Assembly (NCBI GenBank): GCA_964016885.1
Contig: OZ024753.1
Coordinates: forward strand, 43,462,001-43,526,000
Direction of reading: 5' to 3'
Length of the DNA stretch: 64,000 bases
DNA from: Eledone cirrhosa
Lineage: Eukaryota
In this document: one piece after another, positions 52,238 to 64,000 of the stretch
Layout of the letters: every line of letters starts with the position of its first letter
Numbering within the stretch: the first letter of the stretch is position 1
Translations under genes and position numbers: made by a program
Notes under the pieces: model-generated
The model's database searches: none
What the model was told of the DNA's origin: nothing
The model's input: only the letters and a program-made list of their open reading frames with translations

Positions 52238-52290
52238 GATGTATATCTATATATAAATATATATATGTGTGTATATATATATATATTTCT
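50630..52290. repeat. (TG)/(TA) microsatellite field with short RTE tails (51756-51773, 52041-52082)
   Basis: Direct reading. Confidence 0.92.
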
Positions 52291-52703
52291 CTTCTCTTTC
52301 ACACCTGTGTATGAACAATTGAGAGGGAAAAACGCAGGAAAAGTTAGAAATTCTGAAGTAATCTTGTCAAAGAATCAGACTTCATATGTGATATAACATT
52401 TTAAACATTTCCTTTTACTTGAGTCAAGTATTCTTTACTTTTTGGTTACCATCTTCATGTCAACTATGATACCATACATTTAGATAACATGGATATCACA
52501 TGTACTCTTGGTTAACTCTTTATTTCTGAAGAATTGCATTCTAAGCATTTAGTTTCTATTATATTGTGGCTTCTTGGCCATATTTAATAAGGTCCTCCCA
52601 CTACTATTATAAAAGGCAACATGGAATGAAGTGTCTTGCTCAAGTATACAACATTATTTTATAATGGTGTTGTACTAGATTACTGTCCAAGTAATGCTGG
52701 CAT

Positions 52704-53245
52704 AAGTGGATGGTTAACGAAGTGGATGGTTAACAAAGTGGATGGTTAACAAAGTGGATGGTTAACAAAGTGGATGGCTAACAAAGTGGATGGCTAACAA
52801 AGTGGATGGCTAACCAAGTGGATGGCTAACCAAGTGGATGGCTAACCAAGTGGATGGTTAACCAAGTGGATGGCTAACCAAGTGGATGGCTAACAAAGTG
52901 GATGGCTAACAAAATGGATGGCTAACAAAGTGGATGGCTAACAAAGTGGATGGCTAACAAAGTGGATGGCTAACCAAGTGGATGGCTAACCAAGTGGATG
53001 GCTAACCAAGTGGATGGTTAACCAAGTGGATGGCTAACAAAGTGGATGGCTAACAAAGTGGATGGCTAACAAAGTGGATGGCTAACAAAGTGGATGGCTA
53101 ACAAAGTGGATGGCTATCAAAATGGATGGTTATCAAAATGGATGGTTATCAAAATGGATGGTTATCAAAATGGATGGTTATCAAAATGGATGGTTATCAA
53201 AATGGATGGTTATCAAAATGGATGGTTAGCAAAGTGGATGGTTAA
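52704..53245. repeat. 16-bp minisatellite (AAGTGGATGGCTAACA), about 34 copies
   Basis: Tandem array with variant blocks (..AACC.., ..TTATCA..). Confidence 0.97.
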
Positions 53246-53594
53246 GGTTAAAACATTGATAATAATCAGTTTGACTGAGTGGTGACAAGAGGAGAGAGTG
53301 AGAGATGGTGGGGAGAGAGTAATGATTAGTCTCAACTGAGTGGTGACAACAGATGAGAGACAGGGAGAGAGGGAGAGAGGGAAGGAGAGAGAGCAAGCGA
53401 GGGAGAGAGATAGAGAGAGAGAGGGAGAGTGAGAGAGGGAGAGAGAGATAATCTGTGCTATTTAACTGAGAAATGTATACATTTGTATTTTATGATCCAT
53501 AAATAAATCAATTAAACAACCAATTAATTAATAATTGATATAAGATTGATCAACCAGAAATACGGCTTATTTTAAACTAAGCTTATTATTGTCA

Positions 53595-54104
53595 CACTCT
53601 CTCTTTCTCCTCTCTTTCTGCCTCTCTCTCTCCTCTCTTTTTGTCTCTCTCTTTCTCTCTCTTTCTCCTCTCTCTCTCTTTCTCCTCTCTTTTTGTCTCT
53701 CTCTCTCTCTCTCCTATCTTTCTGTCTCTCTCTCTCCTATCTTTCTGTCTCTCTCTCTCCTATCTTTCTGTCTCTCTCTCTCCTATCTTTCTGTCTCTCT
53801 CTCTCTCTCTCTCATCACACTCTCTCCTCTGTTGTTGTCACCACTCATTTGAACTGATCAGTACTCTCTCTCTTCTTTCTGTCTCTCTCTCTCTCTCTCT
53901 CCTCTTTCTGTCTCTCTCTCTCTCTCCTCTTTCTGTCTCTCTCTCTCTCTCCTCTTTCTGTCTCTCTCTCTCTCTCTCTCCTCTTTTGTCTCTCTCTCTC
54001 TCTCTCTCTCTCCTCTTTCTGTCTCTCTCTCTCTCTCGCTCTCCTCTTTTGTCTCTCTCTCTCTCTCTCCTCTTTTGTCTCTCTCTCTCTCTCTCCTCTT
54101 TTGT

Positions 54105-54156
<52 letters not shown>

Positions 54157-54158
54157 CC

Positions 54159-54220
<62 letters not shown>
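53595..54220. repeat. (CT)-rich satellite
   Basis: Direct reading. Confidence 0.93.
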
Positions 54221-54387
54221 ATGCAATAAAGAAATTATGACAACAATTCTGTGAAACATCGTCTCACTAAAACACCACATGTGTAAAATATGGACTCCAT
54301 TAAAAGAGATATCGCAGTATCCACGGTTACAAACAAGATGTTGGTAATGGTGACACTGTCATATCTCTAGGCTGGGACTTGCTCTAC

Positions 54388-54922
54388 TTCCTCTTCTTCA
54401 CCCACTTTTTCCTGAGAGGGTCATAGCAGCAGAGTCCTCAAACACTCCTCCCAGCAGGTCCTATCAGAACCAACAGTCTCCAAGTGGGACCAGCCAAGCT
54501 CATGGATGTTATCCAACCATTGGATCGAGGGTCTACCCTTAGGTCTCTTGCTGGTTGGTTTTGCTCATAAAATCTGTCCAGTGATTCTTTCCTGAGACAT
54601 TCTAACCACATGTCCATAGTATCAGAGCTGTGATCTCTCAATTCGAAGAAGTAGCAGCTCTACCTGGAGTGACTCTCTGATCTCTGAGCTACAAATCTGT
54701 CCAGTGATTCTTTTCTGAGACATTCTAACCACATGCCCATAGTATCAGAGCTGTGATCTCTCAATTCGAAGAAGTAGCAGCTCTACCTGGAGTGACTCTC
54801 TGATCTCTGAGCTACAAATCTGTCCAGTGATTCTTTCCTGAGACATCTAACCACATGCCCATAGTATCAGAGCTGTGATCTCTCAATTCGAAGAAGTAGC
54901 AGCTCTACCTGGAGTGACTCTC
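54388..54922 (-). mobile_element. RTE-clade (Expander/Rex3-like) LINE 3' fragment with a 123-bp triplication
   Basis: Minus strand: ESLQVELLLLRIERSQL*YYGHVVRMSQERITGQI..KPTSKRPKGRPSIQWLDNIHELGWSHL..DRTCWEECL; units at 54570, 54693, 54816. Confidence 0.85.
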
Positions 54923-54924
54923 TT

Positions 54925-55010
54925 GCTAATCCAGTCCCCAAATGACGAAAAGCTAAGTGGACCATGGCAGGATTTGAACTCAGAATGCAGAGACCCAGAA
55001 CAAATGGCCA
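54925..55010 (-). mobile_element. SINE A-related fragment
   Basis: ACCATGGCAGGATTTGAACTCAGAA (B-box region); similar fragment at 42340-42400. Confidence 0.55.
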
Positions 55011-55089
55011 ACACTTTAATGACATTATCAAATCAAACACATTAGTTTTACATGTGACTCATACAATAATGAATGACTTGAAGATATAT

Positions 55090-55883
55090 TTCACTTTTCT
55101 ATTTCTATATTAGAGAGAGAGAGGGGGAGGGATGAGGAGAGAGAGAGAGACAAAGAGAGGGGGGGGGGGGGGTGATAGAAGAGGGAGAGAAGTGTGGGAA
55201 GATAGGGGTGAGAAGAGAATGGGAGAGAGAGAGGGATGGGTAGAGAGAGAAAATCCTCTTGGTGGCTGTATGGTGAACAATGTTTTAAAGTAAGTCACAA
55301 CAAAATAATTACTTTTGTGTTTGGTTGGAATCGCCTAATAGCATTGTGTAGAAGAGAGGCAGACATGGACTCCTACTGGGAAGGAAATACTTTTACTTCT
55401 CTCTAAACATTCTCAATGGTTATTGATTAACAGAAAGTATAGAATAGAAGGTACCAGTAAAATTAAATAGTTTGGAGAGTTCTTTGGAGAAGTTTATCTT
55501 GTGTAAAACAATAGAGAGAGACAGACAGACAGAGAGAGGGAGAAAGAGGAGAGAGAAAAAGAAGAGGAGAGCAAGAGAGAGAGAGAGAGATTGGGGGGGG
55601 GGAGCGTAAGAGAGAGAGAGAGAGTAAGCAAGCCAGAGAAAGAGAGAGCGAGAGAGCCAGTGAGAGAGAAAGCCAAAGAGAGAGAGTGAGAGCAAGAGAG
55701 ATTGAGAGAGCCAAAGAGCAAGTGAGAGAGAGAGCTAGAGAACAAGAGAGTGAGTGAAAGAGCTAGAGAGAGTGAGAGATGGCAAGCAAGAGAGTGAGAC
55801 AGCTAGAGAACAAGAGAGAGAGAGAGAGAGTGAAAGAGCTAGAGAGAGTGAGAGATGGCAAGCGAGAGAGTGAGACAGCTAGA

Positions 55884-55914
<31 letters not shown>

Positions 55915-55940
55915 TGAGAAAGAGAGAGAGAGTATGAGAA
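55090..55940. repeat. (GA)-rich low-complexity tracts
   Basis: Direct reading. Confidence 0.85.
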
Positions 55941-56556
55941 CAAGCAATAAAATGATCAAGATTTACTCATACGATATTTTCTATGTATCTAAGATGTTGT
56001 TCTTCCCTAGTAACTGATGATTGTTCCAGTTCTCTGATTAATGGTACAACTTTCTTATGGAAGTAATTTGCAAGTGTCTGAGCATTCTACATACATGTCT
56101 GTGTTGGAGCTTCATCAGTTTTGATTAGTATTTCAGTTGTTCAAGAAATGTAAAAGCTAGCTCGTAATTTATACGTAGTTCTCAGGGAGATTCGGTATGA
56201 CATAGCTTGTGACATTGGCTGGCTGTTTGACTTAGAGGTAAAACTAGTATTTTTTTCACCTAAATGTACTTAAACAAGATGAAATATTGGGTCTTGTTCC
56301 ATGCTGGGAATCGAACTCACAACCTTATAATCATGAACAAAAAACTCTAACCTCTAAAATATGAGCTTTTTTCTATTTTTATAGTGTTTGCGTGTATACT
56401 GCTCCTTTCTCTTAATCTGAAGTTATGTCTCTGTCCCACATAGATACTAACACATACACACACACTCATATATATATATAAACACAATATATACACACAC
56501 ACATATATATACATATACAAACATACATATGCTGAGAAAAACTATATATATATATA

Positions 56557-56720
56557 GTGACGAAACATAAGTTAATTGCATGAACTCATAATCCTTTATT
56601 TACTGCTATATATATTTCGATGATAGCCATTGAATGGCTATGACCTCATCAGGCAGTTAGTCAGTTCTTAGATATGCCAGCTCTGTGTGTATAGTGTTGA
56701 TGGTATCAGAGCCTTGGGAC
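56557..56720 (-). mobile_element. Penelope-like pseudo-LTR/retrozyme monomer in (TA)n
   Basis: About 165-bp unique segment bounded by TA runs; hammerhead followed by AATAAA. Confidence 0.65.
56602..56657 (-). ncRNA. Minimal type I hammerhead ribozyme (best consensus match)
   Basis: Minus strand: ACTGC CTGATGA GGT-C-ATAGCCAT(TCA)ATGGCTAT-C-ATC GAAA TATATA TA GCAGT; canonical G-C base of stem II, palindromic stem III, AUA triplet. Confidence 0.9.
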
Positions 56721-56924
56721 ATATATATATAGCACACACATATATACACATACAAACATATATATACTAAGGAAGACAATAAAAGCATAAATATATATAC
56801 ATATATACATATTTACAATATGTTAAGAACTGCAGCATACTGGTTATTGATTGTACAAAGGTGAAATTCAAACTGGCTTTAAAAGTTCAAAGTTTAAGAA
56901 CTTGTTAATCCTAATTCAGTTTTT

Positions 56925-57440
56925 AAAATATACTGTGGGGTGTTATATATAAATAGGTCTAGATACTTTATATATAATATACTGTGGGGTGTTATATATA
57001 AATAGGTCTAGATACTTTATATATAATATACTGTGGGGTGTTATATATAAATAGGTCTAGATACTTTATATATAATATACTGTGGGGTGTTATATATAAA
57101 TAGGTCTAGATACTTTATATAAAATATACTGTGGGGTGTTATATATAAATAGGTCTAGATACTTTATATATAATATACTGTGGGGTGTTATATATAAATA
57201 GGTCTAGATACTTTATATAAAATATACTGTGGGGTGTTATATATAAATAGGTCTAGATACTTTATATATAATATACTGTGGGGTGTTATATATAAATAGG
57301 TCTAGATACTTTATATAAAATATACTGTGGGGTGTTATATATAAATAGGTCTAGATACTTTATATATAATATACTGTGGGGTGTTATATATAAATAGGTC
57401 TAGATACTTTATATATAATAAACTGTGGGGTGTTGTATAT
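56925..57440. repeat. 49-bp minisatellite (TACTGTGGGGTGTTATATATAAATAGGTCTAGATACTTTATATATAATA), about 10 copies
   Basis: Period 49 (56931, 56980, 57029, ...). Confidence 0.97.
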
Positions 57441-57807
57441 AAATATTCCTAGTTGTTTTATATGTAATAAACTGTGTGTGTTACTGAATCCAACATATCA
57501 ATCACTATTCTGGAACACAACACACTAATTGATCTGGGAATTAAACTCAAGACTCTTTGATCATCAATCCAACAGCTGAACCACTAGGTCATCTACAAGA
57601 CAATGATTAACATTATTAAAAGAAGCAATGCAATCAGCTAACAAGGCTGCAACTGTTCCCAGGCAGCAGGATCCATACAGACTGCAATCAATTACCAAAT
57701 GAAGTTGTCAAGTGAAAGACAGGCATTCAATTCAATAATATTGATAAATATTGGAAGAATATTCAATTTGTAACAATATCTTCCTTCTTCTCTTATGTGG
57801 AGATTAG

Positions 57808-58445
57808 ATTTTCCTATCAGCCATAGGACTACTGTACTACTGATCCTGGCTCAACCAGTTAACTTCTAGATAAACATTTACCTATCAGCCATAGAAATTC
57901 TGTCTGATCCCTGCTCAACTAGTTTATCTTATCTCAATAAACATTTACCTATCAGTCATAGGAATTCTGTCTGATCCCTGCTCAACTAGTTTATCTCATC
58001 TCAATAAACATTTACCTATCAGCCATAGGAATTCTACTTCTGATCCCTGCTCAACTAGTTTATCTTATCTCAATAAACATTTACCTATTAGTCATAGAAA
58101 TTCTACTTGTGATCCCTGCTCAGCCAGTTTACTTCTCAATAACTGTACTTTTGAAACCTGCCCAACCAGTTTATTTCTTCAAGATAAACATTCACCTATC
58201 AGTCATAGGAATTCTACATCTGATCCCAACTCAACTAGTTAACCTCTGCTCAATAAACATTTACCTATCAGCCATAGGAATTTTACATCTGATCTCTTCT
58301 CAACTAGTTAACTTCTAGATAAACATTTACCTATCACCAATATGAATTCTATGTCAGATCCCTCTTCAACTAGTTAACTTTTCAATAAACATTTACCTAT
58401 CAACTATAGGTATTCTACCTCTCATCCCAGCTCAGCCAGTTAACC
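57808..58445. repeat. Diverged about 62-70-bp minisatellite (TTTACCTATCAGCCATAGGAATTCT...TGATCCCTGCTCAACTAGTT...AATAAACA), about 10 copies
   Basis: Recurring motifs. Confidence 0.9.
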
Positions 58446-59163
58446 CCTTCTCAATACACAAATTGTATGTAAAATTAAAAGCCCATTTTCTTCATGACTG
58501 ACCATGTATGTGGAGGTGTGTGGCCTGGTGGTAAAGGTGTTGAACTTACAATCATTATGTTACATTGGTCAACTTCTGGCTAAATTAGAAGACATTTACC
58601 CAGGCTACCACTCAGCCAATTTGAACCGAGAACCACACAGTTGTGAAGCAAACCCCTCCCCACAGCCATTCTTATATTTGCCTGTTTATTAACCTCTTCC
58701 TTGCTCTCCCTAAAATAGATCAATGGGCTCTGTTTAACTTTCATCTTTCTAGGATGAAAACAAAAGCAGTAATAAACCACAATAAACTAGAGATCAATTA
58801 GTTTGAGTTTAACCCCTTCCTTGCAGCAAATATTAAGTACTTTTCTGCCAAATCAGCAGAATCAATATTGCTATTCTGTGTAAACTGTGCTAATTCACTT
58901 CTGGGGAACAATGTGGACCCAATGTTGTTTGTTTGTGTGACGTAGGAAAGAATGTGTATGCTCATAATTCTATCTAGAGATTACTGAAACCAGTCATTAA
59001 GGCAAACTTTCACAGATATTATCATCATCATCAATACTATTGTTACCATTATCATCATCCTCGTCATAATCATCATTAATATTATTGTTATCATTGTTAT
59101 TATTATCATCATCATCATTAATATTATTATCATTGTTATTATCATCATTATTATTATTATTAT

Positions 59164-59497
59164 TTTGTTGAAAGATGGGTGAGAGAAGCAAGTATGGCCC
59201 GAGTGAATGGGCCTACTCTGAGTATGTGTCTGTAAATTAAAGGTGGAAAACTGGGAGAGGACACTTGCCCTGGTGGTTAGGGTCACTGTGGCCTTTTAAT
59301 GGGCTTTCTCCACAAATGTCCCTCGGAAGTCTCCCCCTTATTGGTGAATTTTTCATTGTTATTTTTTAATACATCCTCTGTTTTTTTTTTTTTACACGCA
59401 GAAATGCCCATTTGTACCGTCCTGTATTGTCCTGTACTGTCCTTAATGTCTACTTTATGTAAACCCTTGTGGTTAATAAAGAAAGCATTATTATTAA
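59164..59497 (+). mobile_element. L1/Tx1-like LINE 3' end
   Basis: ORF end FVERWVREASMARVNGPTLSMCL* (stop 59233-59235; FxxRW is typical of Tx1 ORF2 ends), U-rich 3' UTR, AATAAA and (ATT)n tail. Confidence 0.55.
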
Positions 59498-59499
59498 TG

Positions 59500-59593
59500 G
59501 GTTGACTTTGCCTTTCATCCTTACGGGGTCGATAAAATAAAGTACCAGTAATGTACTGGGATAATTGCTGTCCTTGTGCCAAATGTAGAAACA

Positions 59594-59600
<7 letters not shown>
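59500..59600 (+). mobile_element. SINE family A, 3' half
   Basis: GTTGACTTTGCCTTTCATCCTTACGGGGTCGATAAAATAAAGTACCAG...AGAAACAATT(ATT)n. Confidence 0.9.
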
Positions 59601-59629
<29 letters not shown>

Positions 59630-59937
59630 GCTTTGTACCCTCCATGTTGGCCCTTGTGACCAATAAATGAAATCATTATTATTGTTGTTATTGTTGCTGT
59701 TGTTGTTGTTGTTGTTATTTTTATCATGATGAGAAGATTATAAGAGAGGAGATTTATTTCATGAATTAATCAAGGCAGCTGAACTTGTCGTTTGATTGCA
59801 ACAGGTAGCAAAGTGCAACTTTAACGATAATATATAAATTATAGAATTAAATAAGAAATGGTAAATATATAATAATAGTAATGAGAGAAAGTGGAAGGAA
59901 ATTGATTGAAACACAGCTTAATGAATAAAAGACTTAA

Positions 59938-62470
<2,533 letters not shown>

Positions 62471-62809
62471 CATTCATCAGCACACACAAACCAATAAAAG
62501 GCCCATCTGAAAGAAATCCTCTGCTTCCATCAATCAATAAGGAGGTGTATTGAAGTGCCTCAGCCCCTTTCATACAGCTTTAATATATCCACTTGAATTC
62601 TCAGTTAATATTGATTCCAAGTGTTATTTATTTGATAGAACCCAAGTTTAGCTTTTCAATTTTTAGGTGTCACTTTTGTGATTATATTTCATATGTTTTC
62701 ATTACAGCTACTTCGGCGGAGTCCCTGCCATGACAAACTAATGTACAAACCAGCTAGAGAAAAACAATACAAAAACAGTAAAACACTCTCTATGTTACAT
62801 AGTGTAAAC

Positions 62810-63385
62810 GTGTGTATGTATGTGTGTATGTGTGTGTGTGTGTGTATGTGTGGCTGGGTGTTTGGGTGTTTGAGTGGTATGTGTGTGTGTATGTATGTGT
62901 GTGGCTGGGTGTTTGGGTGTTTGAGTGGTATGTGTTTGTGTGTGTGTATGTGTGTGGCTGGGTGTTTGGGTGGTATGTGTGTGTATGTGTATGTGTGTGT
63001 TTGGGTGTTTGAGTGGTATGTGTGTTTGTGTATGTTGCTCTGTGTGTATGGTTTTGTGTGTGTGTATGTGTGGCGGTGTGTGTAGAGGATTTGTGTGTGT
63101 TTTGTAAGTGATATGTGTCAGTATGTATGGGAGGTTATGTATGTGTGTGTGTATGTGTATGAGGAATTATGTTTGTGTGTAAGTGGCTATGTGTTTGACC
63201 CAAATTACTTGGTCGTTTTTTTGGCTATGCGGATGATTGTTTAACCCTCGTCTCAGTGTGTTTGCCCTTTAACGTATGTTGTAGCTCTGGTTCACCTGAA
63301 CCATTGAGCACTTGCCACACATCTTGGAGGTTGTTTTTCCTTATTTCATAGGCCGAAATATGATTCTCGATAATTTATATTTGTA

Positions 63386-63436
<51 letters not shown>

Positions 63437-63454
63437 GTTTTGTGCATAAGCCTG

Positions 63455-63494
<40 letters not shown>

Positions 63495-64000
63495 AAGGGT
63501 TTTGTGTATATGCCTGTGTGTGTATATATATATATGAGGGGTTATGTATCTGTGTTTACGTAAGTGTATGCTCAAGTGTTTATTTACATAGCTGAATGAA
63601 TATTAATATATGTTTATATATAATGAATTCCACAAGCAGAATCTATTATATATAATGAACTCCTGCCATGACCAACAAAAAGTTCAATATTATCCAGCAA
63701 AAAGTGGATAGAATATATATATATGTGTGTGTATGTACGTGCATGTGTGTATGTATGTGCATGTGTGTATGTATGTAAGTATGTATGTGTATGTATGTAT
63801 GTGCATATGCATGTACATACATATGTATGTATGTCTGGATGTATGTTTGTATGTATGTGCATATGCATGTACATACGTATGTATGTATGTCTGGATGTAT
63901 GTTTGTATGTATGTGCATATGCATGTACATACGTATGTATGTATATGTCTGGATATATATATATATGTGTGTGTTTGTGTGTGTCTATATGTGTGCATCT
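62810..64000. repeat. (TG)/(TA)/(TATG) microsatellite field with short unique islands
   Basis: Direct reading. Confidence 0.85.

Noticed and set aside
63230-63385. Possible decayed hammerhead element next to (TA)n (GGCCGAAATATGATTC)
   Set aside because: No CUGANGA box or stem I could be placed

Overview
AT-rich, microsatellite-saturated eukaryotic non-coding DNA (intron or intergenic). The SINE/LINE repertoire and microsatellite load point to an octopus-type cephalopod genome (inference). No intact protein-coding gene is supported, and nearly all listed ORFs are microsatellite or minisatellite artefacts. The window holds two tRNA-derived SINE families (a Meta-domain-like family and a CORE-type family), 3' fragments of RTE, CR1 and Tx1-like LINEs, piggyBac-type (TTAA), hAT and pogo-type MITEs, and many minisatellites, several visibly amplified from transposon ends. 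The main finding is at least six well-formed minimal type I hammerhead ribozymes (CUGANGA...GAAA...UH, with covarying stems and a palindromic or near-palindromic stem III), plus about three degenerate ones. They sit in short elements embedded in (TA)n/(TG)n tracts, often as inverted pairs, and one pair forms a perfect 346-bp palindrome. This is the architecture of Penelope-like pseudo-LTRs or retrozymes. Secondary findings are SINEs with tandem arrays of their A-box heads, in-frame triplications in RTE fragments, template-switch fold-backs, and a possible minus-strand chain of non-coding exons. All folds and alignments were done by eye; no database search was run.
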